This document shows positions 8,209 through 17,199 of a stretch of 34,600 nucleotides of DNA, piece by piece. Made by a program: the position numbers and the translations under genes. Source of the stretch: a virus (lineage: Duplodnaviria; Caudoviricetes); the IMG/VR virus record IMGVR_UViG_3300027711_000011, positions 1 to 34,600 of that record; one strand, written 5' to 3'. Numbering within the stretch: position 1 is the stretch's first letter; each line of letters starts with the position of its first letter. The notes beneath the pieces are model-generated. The model did not search any database and was not told where the DNA came from. It saw only the letters and a program-made list of their open reading frames with translations.

Positions 8209-10344
8209 TTACATTGCGACTTCAAAATCTCTTACTGCTGCGACCATCGCCTCAGTAACTTGTTGTTTAATCTTTCCTGTACCTTCTTTGAGGTTGGTTG
8301 TGCTTAATGTTATATTCTTTACTAGGTTCTCAATGCGAACGTTAATAGTTTTCATTTCTCCACCTGTGCCCTGGATAACTTTGTCACGGGTGGGTACTGT
8401 TGCACCACCTCCAGCACCAGTATCTAAGTTTGTATTAAAACTACCCACTTCTTTCTTGCTAACACTGCTGCCTCTATGACTTGATAATCCAGCGTCATTG
8501 AAAGCCTTATCTGCCTTAAGAGACTCTTGAAGCGCAAGATTAGCCTCAGCTGCTAACTCGTTAACTTGAACACCTTTAACATCCTCAGAGGAAATAATAC
8601 CTAGAGAATTAAATGCTATCAGTTTTTCATACCAACCTGGAGCCTTTTGCTCTGCTTGTATTTGCTCCTTAAGTTTCTCCTTGTAAATTTCCGCAGCAAC
8701 TTCTTTCCTCGCACGTAACATTGCATTGTCCGCAATCTTACCTTGAATCTCGTCAATCTTTTCATTTGTCAATTGCTCCTCAGTGTACATCTTGAGCAAT
8801 TCAGGGTATTCTCTTTTTAACTCTGCAATAGCTCTCTTACGCTCATCAGTACCTTTCTTTGCAGCCTTAATTCTATTGGTGAGAATAGTTGTTTCTGCAA
8901 TTTCTTCGGAGGCAATATCAACCGCACGTTCATGAACTTCGTTTGCAGCTTCTTGGGCAGAGGTAGACGAGGATAAAACACGTGTCAATGCATAAGCCCC
9001 TGCTGCTAATGCTGCAACACCTGTAATCACTAAGCCAATAGGGTTGGCTGTCATTGCTGCATTCCATAACCATTGCGCTGCAGTCACAGCCTTAGTTGCA
9101 ATTGCAGCTGCCAACTTTGATTTCCCTAAAAACTTAATACCTGAAGCTGCCGCACTTGCTATTGGTACAAATGCAGACATTTGACGAGCAACGTCTGAGA
9201 TAGGTTCTAAATAAGCGAATACTCCACCTGTAGCATTAAAGACAGACACTTTGAAATCATCGATTGACGCTTTCATTCGTGCTTGTTTTTCTGCACCTGT
9301 ATCCATCATAATTGCCGCTTGATCAAATGCTGTATTAGTACCAGTAATGGCATTTGTCATTTCGTCCTGAGCATCTACAGATTGCAACAAAGATTGTGCG
9401 GCTGCAGCATTTGCACGCCCAAATAATTTAGACATCAATGCAGAGTCATTGCCAATCACTTCAAGATTTCTTAATCTGTCGGTAAAAGATAAAGACTTAT
9501 CACTCAATGAATCAACACTCACACCAGCTCTGGCTAACTCTTCTTGAACATCTGGTGGCAAAAACCGACCTTGATTCAATGTTGTGATAACATTTCGCAA
9601 TGCAATACCACCTTCAGCACCTTTCTTACCTGCTTTGTCAAGTAACTGTATTGAACTCAACATTTGTTCGAACGAAATGTTAGCCCGCATCGCATCAGCT
9701 CCAACATTCATAACCGCAGATTGAAGTACTGGCAATTCAGAAGAACCTGCATCAGCTGATGCAGCCATTGCGTTCATCATCTCACTCATTACCTTATTAG
9801 CATCTGCTGCGTTGGTTAGATCCACATTGTACTGATTCATCGCAGTGGTTAACAGATTCGTAGCACCAACCACATCGCCACCCATCATTTTCGCTAATCG
9901 CTCAGAGTTTTGAGACATCATATTCAACATGTCGGGAGTGTTGGCTAGTTCTGGTCCTAACTGTGCTAAGATAAGTTTGAATGTTTCAACAGAGTCTGCT
10001 GCATCTCCTCCGAATATCTTAGCATTTTCTCGAGCTTTCTTACCAAGATCATCTAATGCGCTTCCTGTTAATCCAGTCATTGCTTCAACCTCTGCCATGG
10101 AAGATTCAAAACGCAGTCCTGGCCCCGCAATATCTGCTAATGATCTTGTAACATTCTCAAGACCTTGAGTAATAGAAACGAAAGAAATGTTTTGGATATG
10201 GCGCTTCATACCAGAGAAAGCCTTCTTGGAAGACTCTTCTATGCCAGTAACGCCTTTCTTTAGCTTGTCGGTATCCTTTCGAATATCGTCTAATGCTTTG
10301 AAAACATTACCCTCAACATCTATGGTGAACCTTGCATCGCTCAT
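8209..10344 (-). CDS. Tail tape measure protein
   Basis: 711 aa, Ala-rich and helical; FESSMAEV core and AQWLWNAAMTANPIG motif. Confidence 0.92.
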   Translation of the reverse strand: MSDARFTIDVEGNVFKALDDIRKDTDKLKKGVTGIEESSKKAFSGMKRHIQNISFVSITQGLENVTRSLADIAGPGLRFESSMAEVEAMTGLTGSALDDLGKKARENAKIFGGDAADSVETFKLILAQLGPELANTPDMLNMMSQNSERLAKMMGGDVVGATNLLTTAMNQYNVDLTNAADANKVMSEMMNAMAASADAGSSELPVLQSAVMNVGADAMRANISFEQMLSSIQLLDKAGKKGAEGGIALRNVITTLNQGRFLPPDVQEELARAGVSVDSLSDKSLSFTDRLRNLEVIGNDSALMSKLFGRANAAAAQSLLQSVDAQDEMTNAITGTNTAFDQAAIMMDTGAEKQARMKASIDDFKVSVFNATGGVFAYLEPISDVARQMSAFVPIASAAASGIKFLGKSKLAAAIATKAVTAAQWLWNAAMTANPIGLVITGVAALAAGAYALTRVLSSSTSAQEAANEVHERAVDIASEEIAETTILTNRIKAAKKGTDERKRAIAELKREYPELLKMYTEEQLTNEKIDEIQGKIADNAMLRARKEVAAEIYKEKLKEQIQAEQKAPGWYEKLIAFNSLGIISSEDVKGVQVNELAAEANLALQESLKADKAFNDAGLSSHRGSSVSKKEVGSFNTNLDTGAGGGATVPTRDKVIQGTGGEMKTINVRIENLVKNITLSTTNLKEGTGKIKQQVTEAMVAAVRDFEVAM

Positions 10345-10927
10345 TTCTTTCTTGCTTCAATTACAATTTTGTAGGCCTCAAGAGCTCCATCTCTCACTGC
10401 CGCTTTTTGTTCGGAGTATTTGTGTTGATTGAGCCACAGGACATCTGCCGCTCGTTGTGAAAACTCCTCCTCTGTTAATGACATTGGGTCTAGACCAAAC
10501 TCCGAACGAATTAAAACGCCCAGTTTCCTAATGTCAGCCTTTCCTTCCTCATTTGGAATAGAGGAAGAGTTTATGCGTTTTTTACTGTTCCAACTAGAAT
10601 TCTGAAACTACGTGCAACAGCAGTGTCTAATGCTAAACTGAACTCATCATCTGTTGAGAATTCTTCCGAACCTCCGAGATAACAGTTCTCACGCAAATAG
10701 TTGTTCTTTGCAACATAATCGTCAGCGTGCGCAGCATCTGCCGCTTGCATTAATTCCAATGTAGGTTTCTTGAAGTAAGCCAAATGCTTCTTTCCATCGT
10801 CAATTACCTCAAATACTTTGATTTGATTCTTCCCTGGATACTTCGCTTTCCATTTGTTCATTTCGCCTTCAGTTGCCTTTCCAACGATTTCTAATTCTTT
10901 CTTTTTTTCTGCTAATTCTTTTGCCAT
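10341..10927 (-). CDS. Extended tail assembly chaperone (gpGT-like) made by -1 frameshift
   Basis: The -1 frame after A AAA AAC (10577-10583) is open (RINSSSIPNEEGKADIRKLGVLIRSEFGLDPMSLTEEEFSQRAADVLWL...) up to a TGA overlapping the tape-measure ATG. Confidence 0.8.
10571..10927 (-). CDS. Tail assembly chaperone (gpG-like)
   Basis: Lies between tail tube and tape measure genes and ends in the slippery sequence A AAA AAC. Confidence 0.8.
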   Translation of the reverse strand: MAKELAEKKKELEIVGKATEGEMNKWKAKYPGKNQIKVFEVIDDGKKHLAYFKKPTLELMQAADAAHADDYVAKNNYLRENCYLGGSEEFSTDDEFSLALDTAVARSFRILVGTVKNA

Positions 10928-10941
10928 AGTTGTTTGTGTTG

Positions 10942-10966
10942 AAAGGCGATCATTACGACCGCCTTT
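10942..10966 (-). terminator. Stem-loop after tail tube gene (partial terminator or mRNA stabiliser)
   Basis: AAAGGCGGTC-GTAAT-GATCGCCTTT on the - strand. Confidence 0.55.
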
Positions 10967-10972
10967 AAATTA

Positions 10973-11404
10973 TTATTGTACATTCCAGTCAATGTGACTG
11001 GTGATCATTTCATGCGTGTGAGAGATTTCCGTGTCTCCTTGTGTAACTGCTATTCCGTTGCTTTTGAACTGGCAATTTCTAATAATATCAGTTCTTAACA
11101 ATGGTTGGTTCTTGGGTTGAAATGTTACCACGATGTCGAATGGAGGAATATCCTGCAATCTTTGTCCTGGAGCCAAAGAAGCTTCGAGTGCTCTTTTCTC
11201 GAATTCTAAGAGTTCAAAGGATGCTTGAGGGTCAAAATTCCCATCTCCACGAGCTACAGGATGATTTCCTGCGCCCATGATATGCTCTTTCGATTGCGTG
11301 TCGGAATAGTCAATAGACTTGATTCCTGTCAAAGTACGTGAGAGCATGTTCACCTTAATTGAACCCCACGATGGCTGTACGCCGTTAATGAATGGTTGTG
11401 CCAT
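10973..11404 (-). CDS. Tail tube protein
   Basis: 143 aa, directly after the sheath gene; GIKSIDYSD and LQDIPPFDIVV motifs. Confidence 0.8.
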   Translation of the reverse strand: MAQPFINGVQPSWGSIKVNMLSRTLTGIKSIDYSDTQSKEHIMGAGNHPVARGDGNFDPQASFELLEFEKRALEASLAPGQRLQDIPPFDIVVTFQPKNQPLLRTDIIRNCQFKSNGIAVTQGDTEISHTHEMITSHIDWNVQ

Positions 11405-11409
11405 ATCTC

Positions 11410-12576
11410 TTAATTATTTGGGTTAGTGAATCCAATGTCTACGTTAATCTCTCTTGCTTTTCCAAGAGGAATAAGTGACAATTGCGTGTCTATGGATGAA
11501 GTTGCGAGAACATCTTGCGCAGGATCAATGTAGAAAGTGAAGCCTGACAATTCCCCTGGCATCTGCTCAGTGATGGCTTTGTCTACTTTGGCTTTCATAG
11601 CCATTACAAAAGTTGCATCTAGCTCACCGCTATTTGGGTCAACGGCAACTGGAGAACCTAGATCAGGCAACAATGTCGCTCTTACAATTCGAGTTGCTTT
11701 GTTGACCGTTCGGTTGTTCTCGATGTAGGCATAGTCTTCCGTTACCGCTGTACAAGTGTGCGTGTCGTTGAAATAGATACCTGCAATTCCTACGTGCTTG
11801 CGAAAGAAAATCGCTCCGTTATCGTTGGCAGTATTGAGTTGCGAAACTGACAACGCACTTAATTTGGTATTCGATATTGAAGCGATGGAAAGTGAACCTC
11901 CTAACATATTGAAATCACTCACGTAGTCAATTCCTACATGTACGCCAGCTCTTGAAATTGCACCAAGTGCTGTTCCAACAGCTGCATAAGTGTCATCAAC
12001 TTGTGCCACTGAATAATCTTGACCAACCATTACCGCAACATTCTCGGCATTCAATGCTCTGAAATCGTCGGGGTTGGTAATGTCAAATCCTTTTCCTTCC
12101 AATACTACAAGGATAGGCTTGTGACCATTATACAGTGTCTTCGCTTGAATTTCAGCCTCTGCAATTGCCGCTAACAATTCAGTTGTGTCTGTTACTGCTA
12201 TTGAAGGGTTATAAGCGATAGCCGCTTGATTAATATCTCCATCCGCCGCATCTGTAAGCGTTGGTAGTTCCTCAGTCAACTCTTTGTAAGTTGTCGCTTG
12301 TGCCTTCAACAATAAGTGAAGTACTCCATCAGGATTCACACGGAAGAACTCTTTTATGTGCTCATATACAAGCACTGTGTTTGTTGTGTCGTAGTCAGCA
12401 TCAAGACCAATATCTTCTGCTTCTTTTACGCTTGAAAGCATGTACACAATGTCTAATTGCGCACCGCCTACAACAGCGACACCATTAGCGATTAATCCGC
12501 TAATCATGTCCGTGGCTGGCTCTCGTCTACCGAGTCCTCCACGGGTTTTATTAATATTTACGTCGTTCAAAGCCAT
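11410..12576 (-). CDS. Tail sheath protein (DUF2586-like)
   Basis: YEHIKEFFR, GIYFND and DYAYIENNRTVNKATR motifs; C-terminal IDPAQDVLATS. Confidence 0.85.
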   Translation of the reverse strand: MALNDVNINKTRGGLGRREPATDMISGLIANGVAVVGGAQLDIVYMLSSVKEAEDIGLDADYDTTNTVLVYEHIKEFFRVNPDGVLHLLLKAQATTYKELTEELPTLTDAADGDINQAAIAYNPSIAVTDTTELLAAIAEAEIQAKTLYNGHKPILVVLEGKGFDITNPDDFRALNAENVAVMVGQDYSVAQVDDTYAAVGTALGAISRAGVHVGIDYVSDFNMLGGSLSIASISNTKLSALSVSQLNTANDNGAIFFRKHVGIAGIYFNDTHTCTAVTEDYAYIENNRTVNKATRIVRATLLPDLGSPVAVDPNSGELDATFVMAMKAKVDKAITEQMPGELSGFTFYIDPAQDVLATSSIDTQLSLIPLGKAREINVDIGFTNPNN

Positions 12577-12579
12577 ATC

Positions 12580-13032
12580 TTATGAATTTGTTGGTTTGTG
12601 TTCTTCTGAATCGTCAGCTTCCTCAGCTCCTGAATCGGCCGTTTCATCCGTTTCATTTTGAATTGAATCAGGATTGAAAGGTGTGTCCAAGAATGTTTGA
12701 ATTGTTTCAGTAATTTCTGCATTCGTTGCTTGCTCATCAATTGAGATTTCATTTTCCTTAGCGAAATCAATCAACTCTGCTTTCTTCATTCGCTTCAAAT
12801 TTGGAGCTTCGATTGCAGGAGCTTCTGGAGTTTCCTTTGAAGTGTCAACCTCAACATCCAATTCTGATCTCTTAATGATTTCGATTTTCAAACCGTTGTG
12901 ATCTGCATGGCGTTGTGCCCAGATAGCAGCTTCCCTTTCAAATATTTGACCGTCTGATGTGATAACGCATTCGTTCTCTTTCGGGTAGTGCTTAAAAAAG
13001 CCTTCTAATATTTCTTTATGATTTTCTACCAT
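12580..13032 (-). CDS. Hypothetical structural-region protein with Rho-N/HeH-like helical motif and acidic tail
   Basis: TSDGQIF motif and NLKRMKKAELIDFAKENEI segment. Start placed at ATG 13032. Confidence 0.55.
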   Translation of the reverse strand: MVENHKEILEGFFKHYPKENECVITSDGQIFEREAAIWAQRHADHNGLKIEIIKRSELDVEVDTSKETPEAPAIEAPNLKRMKKAELIDFAKENEISIDEQATNAEITETIQTFLDTPFNPDSIQNETDETADSGAEEADDSEEHKPTNS

Positions 13033-13505
13033 AACTTTGTTTTTAAAATGATGAATAAAACGAAGAATATCAGCAATCCAGATAGAATAAGAATGGTTGT
13101 CCAATCCCTTTCAATCACCACCTCTTTGGTGCTTTCTTGCTGTATTACTTCTTGATTTCTTTTGAGACTTTGGAATTCACGTTCAATGGTAGATTTTACC
13201 AATTGACTAATCTCATCACAAATACAAGTTGCAGTTATGCTGTCATTCATGTATTTAATGTGGGTTTGAACGCCTTTTGAAGAGCGTTTAATCTCTCCGA
13301 TTTTCTTCAAGTCTTCTATTGAGATATTCAAACTATCCTGTCTTTCTTTAATCACAATTGTGTCTAGGACCACCTCTTTTGTGTAAGAGGTAGAATCCCG
13401 ATGATCCAGCGTTGTCTCCTTCGTCTTGTCTATGCTCTTTGTCAGCTTGCAAGAGGAGATTGACAACGCCGTAATCATGGCAACTATGAAAGTTAAATAT
13501 CTCAT
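13026..13505 (-). CDS. Putative unimolecular spanin
   Basis: N-terminal lipoprotein signal (LSISSC) and C-terminal transmembrane helix, located in the lysis cassette. Confidence 0.7.
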   Translation of the reverse strand: MRYLTFIVAMITALSISSCKLTKSIDKTKETTLDHRDSTSYTKEVVLDTIVIKERQDSLNISIEDLKKIGEIKRSSKGVQTHIKYMNDSITATCICDEISQLVKSTIEREFQSLKRNQEVIQQESTKEVVIERDWTTILILSGLLIFFVLFIILKTKLW

Positions 13506-13828
13506 TGTTCTTTAATTCTTTGTATTTTTAATTTGAGCTTTTCCATTTCAGCCTCTTGAGTTTGCACTCTTAGTTTTAGCTTCTCTGTTTCAAACTTTTG
13601 AATTTGCAACTCTGCTTGGCAATTGCTTTTCTCGTTCTCGGCCTGTTCTCTTTGAGCGGTCAAATAATCAAGCAAACCCTGTGAGGTCTTAATTAGCTGC
13701 TCTGCTCCATCGCTTACAACGCCTGTGTCGCTTCGTCTTGATGCTTGACGTCCGCCTAACATCCAACCTGCAGCGGTAGTTATTACCCCAACTGCCGATA
13801 TTATAATCTCGTTAGTGTGTGACATCAT
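13502..13828 (-). CDS. Putative holin-like membrane protein
   Basis: N-terminal transmembrane helix plus coiled coil, between endolysin and spanin. Confidence 0.5.
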   Translation of the reverse strand: MMSHTNEIIISAVGVITTAAGWMLGGRQASRRSDTGVVSDGAEQLIKTSQGLLDYLTAQREQAENEKSNCQAELQIQKFETEKLKLRVQTQEAEMEKLKLKIQRIKEQ

Positions 13829-14441
13829 CTAGATACTTATTAAGGGTTTCAGCCAAAAGAACTCCTGTTTCACATTGAAACTTTGGATCACGCAATAAGC
13901 GCACGCCATCGTCGTTCGTGTGAAATTCAAGCTCGATAAGAATAGCTGGGCACACCGTATCTCTCACTACTGCAAAGTTGGCTTCTTTTCCAAGGTAGCC
14001 GTCCGACAGATCAGTACGCAATGGCACGTCTGGAAACTTCTCCTCGAAGCCTTTCAGCCACAAATCTGCAATGATGTCCGCTTCTGTATTTCCGTAGAAA
14101 GTGAAAGCCTCATGTCCACGAGCTGTGGAAGATTTCGCTGCATTAGAATGAATAGAGAATAGAATTGCATCTCTATTGCGAGAAAGATCGTTTGCTCTCT
14201 TTGTACGCTCATGAAGTGGCACGTCTCTCCATTCGGAAGGACATACCGTAAATTCAACCTCATAACCGTATATTCTTAAGGTCTTCGCCCATTCTCGAGC
14301 AAAGACTCTATTTCCAACTCCTTCGTAATAGAACGAGCCATCCACCTCATGACGAGATGCTTTGCCTGGAGTAACATACTTGCCAGTTGTGGGGTCTAAA
14401 GCCCCATGTCCTGCGTCTAATATGATTAATGGCTTATTCAT
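13812..14441 (-). CDS. Endolysin, N-acetylmuramoyl-L-alanine amidase (Amidase_3)
   Basis: ILDAGHG, E, SIHSNA and PAILIE zinc-binding and catalytic motifs. Confidence 0.92.
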   Translation of the reverse strand: MNKPLIILDAGHGALDPTTGKYVTPGKASRHEVDGSFYYEGVGNRVFAREWAKTLRIYGYEVEFTVCPSEWRDVPLHERTKRANDLSRNRDAILFSIHSNAAKSSTARGHEAFTFYGNTEADIIADLWLKGFEEKFPDVPLRTDLSDGYLGKEANFAVVRDTVCPAILIELEFHTNDDGVRLLRDPKFQCETGVLLAETLNKYLDDVTH

Positions 14442-14476
14442 GGCTCGTTCTTTCTATCTTGGGTTTGGGTTTAATA

Positions 14477-15487
14477 TTATGCCGCTGGCGAATAGATCGC
14501 TGCAATTCCTTTGTTTCTAATCGGCATAGAAAGACCACGCATTTGGAAACCAATAACATCTCCACGATCTGATGGGTCATTGATTCTTGAAAACAAGTCA
14601 ACAGTACCTTTCGCTTTCATCACTTCATCCTTATGGAAAGCAAATGAAGCGTGTACATCAGTTGCAGGAGTATCTGCTGCACCCCATGCTACCTTTGCTC
14701 CAGTCGTTTTGTTGTAACGTGGCAATCTTCTCTCAGCTAAGAAATATAATTTGAATCCAAGCAAGTCTCCTTTTTCCATCACACGATTGAATCTGTCTAC
14801 ATCTTCCAACTCCAAATCTTCTTGGTGTTGCGTAGAAAGAATTAGAATTCTACCTTCCGCAGGAATTTCTGCATCATTGAAGGCTGTACGCAACTTAATC
14901 ACGTCAGCATATTTCAAGCGTTTGTTTCCATTTCCATTATCTGCTCCAGTAGCTGTAATAATTGGAGTGTACGCAGTATCTGTAGAAGGCACTAATGCAT
15001 GCGCAGCTTTCTTCATAAATGTCATTTGCAATGCTTTTTTATGGCCTTCAGTTACAGATTTCACTTTGTCATAAGCTAACTCTGCTTTCTCGATTGAACG
15101 CACTAATGTGTTCTCCGTATCGTAAGTGTCCAACGGCAATGCAATAGGAGTGTCTGTACGTTGATTAGTAGCAACAGGATAAGTTGTGTTATTAATCAAC
15201 ACATCAGGGTCAACGCCTGCCTCAGCGAGGTTAATTGTGTTATTGTCCACGAAAGCACTCATGTCTTTCATTTCTGACAAGAACATGTCATCAGCATAGA
15301 AATCCTCTAAGATTTCGTCAAGCCAAATTTCTTTGTTCAAGCCTGCAAAAGCTGCGCTTTCAACTTTTGGTGTTAATGCCGATAAGGCAACTAATCCAGC
15401 ACCTGCCGCTAGAACTGGGAGACCTGTCAAGAAGGTCACTGTGAACGCCAAAATGGCGATTGGTAAAAATCCGAATATCTTTTTCAT
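14477..15487 (-). CDS. Major capsid protein with hydrophobic N-terminal extension
   Basis: Follows the protease/scaffold gene; 336 aa; EIW, ELAYDK and IPAEGRILIL features of the HK97 fold. Confidence 0.82.
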   Translation of the reverse strand: MKKIFGFLPIAILAFTVTFLTGLPVLAAGAGLVALSALTPKVESAAFAGLNKEIWLDEILEDFYADDMFLSEMKDMSAFVDNNTINLAEAGVDPDVLINNTTYPVATNQRTDTPIALPLDTYDTENTLVRSIEKAELAYDKVKSVTEGHKKALQMTFMKKAAHALVPSTDTAYTPIITATGADNGNGNKRLKYADVIKLRTAFNDAEIPAEGRILILSTQHQEDLELEDVDRFNRVMEKGDLLGFKLYFLAERRLPRYNKTTGAKVAWGAADTPATDVHASFAFHKDEVMKAKGTVDLFSRINDPSDRGDVIGFQMRGLSMPIRNKGIAAIYSPAA

Positions 15488-15488
15488 C

Positions 15489-16607
15489 TTACTTTAGATT
15501 TGAGGTTTTAACAACTTTGGCGTAACGCTCTGGATCCTCCTCCTTCATCGCTAACAGCCCTGAATAATCTTTTTCTTTCCAATCTCTGAAAGACCATGCA
15601 TCACGGCCATCAGCATTTGGGGTGTTTGGCTTTCCACCTCCTGCCATTGCAGTAAGGTTCTCTTTGCCAGGAAGAGCTTCGATAGTCTCTTTCGCTAGAT
15701 CAAAATCAGCCTTTGCTAGGTTGATGAACTGCGCTTCATTTTTGGCAGTAACTTTACCTTCTTTTTTTGCTGTTGCAATTAGAGACTCTATTGCTTTCGC
15801 TTCGGCAGTCTCCTGCGCTTTCTCCATCTCTTCGACTTTCGTCTCTAATGCAGAATTGCGTGCAATAACATTCTCAATCGCAGCAGAAATCTCGTTGTCT
15901 TTTGCTTCGGATTCTAATCCAAGAGCGACAATCGTCTTTGCGTTTAACTTCATGTTATTATTTGTTTTGGGTGTACTTGTTTGGGGTTTCTCCTCTTCTT
16001 GGAAGAAACGTGCTTGGAGGTCTTCGTCTGATGCAAAATTTTCCAAGCATGCGGCAATGTTCTCCATGTTATGAAATGCAGAAATATCTGCGTCCGATAA
16101 TGATGGATCAACAATTTCATCAACAATCTTCTCGCTAAGTGCTAATGATGAAGAAAACCAGTTATCTCCATCTAACCAAGCCTCAATGTCTTTTGCTTCT
16201 TTTCCAGTTCGCTTAGAATATTGAGAAACAAAATCAGATTCTAATGATCGGAGAAGCATAGCGTATTTCTCCATATCTTTTGCATTCCCCTCAACTCGTC
16301 CAGATGGAGAATGAATCATGATTAATCCATTGTCTGCAATCTTCAACTTATTAGCCGCTAACATGATTATCGTTCCCATGCTTGCAGCTAACCCGTCTAT
16401 CACAATAGTTAAATCACCTTTAAATGCTCTTAAAGTGTTATAGATTAAGTTTCCATCAAAGACAGAACCTCCTGGAGTGTGCAAGTGAACTGTTGCCGTT
16501 TTCTTATTCTTCAAGAACTCAGTCAATTGATTTGATATATATTGACCATTTCCATAATAGATCTCTCCATATAGCTTGGCCGCATTATCTGTTGAATGAA
16601 ATAGCAT
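15489..16607 (-). CDS. ClpP-like prohead protease fused to scaffolding domain
   Basis: HTPGGSVFDG, DGLAASMGT (Ser), MIH and DNWFS motifs; C-terminal Ala/Lys/Glu coiled coil with AKKEGKV. Confidence 0.9.
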   Translation of the reverse strand: MLFHSTDNAAKLYGEIYYGNGQYISNQLTEFLKNKKTATVHLHTPGGSVFDGNLIYNTLRAFKGDLTIVIDGLAASMGTIIMLAANKLKIADNGLIMIHSPSGRVEGNAKDMEKYAMLLRSLESDFVSQYSKRTGKEAKDIEAWLDGDNWFSSSLALSEKIVDEIVDPSLSDADISAFHNMENIAACLENFASDEDLQARFFQEEEKPQTSTPKTNNNMKLNAKTIVALGLESEAKDNEISAAIENVIARNSALETKVEEMEKAQETAEAKAIESLIATAKKEGKVTAKNEAQFINLAKADFDLAKETIEALPGKENLTAMAGGGKPNTPNADGRDAWSFRDWKEKDYSGLLAMKEEDPERYAKVVKTSNLK

Positions 16608-16764
16608 ATTTGTCTTTTCGTTTCAACAAATTTGAGGGCTTTTTTTCGCTAAAAAAAACGCTCTAAACATAAAGGTAAGCCCTGTGTAGCATATTGGTTT
16701 CAGAGGATTAGCAATACAAATGAAGTGCTTTTTTATAGGTCTTAAAATGTCGAATTTTGGAAAT

Positions 16765-17199
16765 ATGAAGATGGCAGAAAAGAAGCAACTCGCTCAGAGT
16801 TTATATGTAAAAAGTGATTTTACTCGTAAACAAATTGCAGCAAATGCAGAGGTCACAGAAAAGACCTTGAGGAAATGGATAGAAGACGGTGAATGGGATA
16901 AAATGAAAGACGCACTCCAAGTTACTCGTCCGCAATTGTTGGTTGAAGCTTATTCGCAATTGAAAGCAGTGAATGAGAAGATTCGCGATGAATTTGGAAA
17001 CGTGCCTAATAAAGAATTAAGCGATGCAAAAGGCGTGTTAAGAAAGGAAATTGAAATCTTATCCAACCAACCCATTCACAAGTACATTGAAGTATTTGAA
17101 GACTTCATTCAATTCTTATCCAAGACAGAACCTAAGGAACTTTCCAAGTTCGCCACACTTTCGCAAAGCTTCATTAATGAACTCGTAAAAGAAAGATAA
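16765..17199 (+). CDS. Putative terminase small subunit (N-terminal HTH)
   Basis: TRKQIAANAEVTEKTLRKW HTH, immediately before the large subunit. Start could be 16765 or 16771. Confidence 0.7.
   Translation: MKMAEKKQLAQSLYVKSDFTRKQIAANAEVTEKTLRKWIEDGEWDKMKDALQVTRPQLLVEAYSQLKAVNEKIRDEFGNVPNKELSDAKGVLRKEIEILSNQPIHKYIEVFEDFIQFLSKTEPKELSKFATLSQSFINELVKER

Noticed and set aside
5543-12576. Stand-alone contractile injection system or tailocin
   Set aside because: Capsid, portal, terminase, transposase and intact ends are all present, so this is a full prophage.
15622-16074. 150-aa + strand ORF and the other antisense ORFs (e.g. 4092-4430, 14751-15074, 17709-18158)
   Set aside because: They lie wholly opposite well-supported genes and have shadow-ORF composition with no recognisable motifs.
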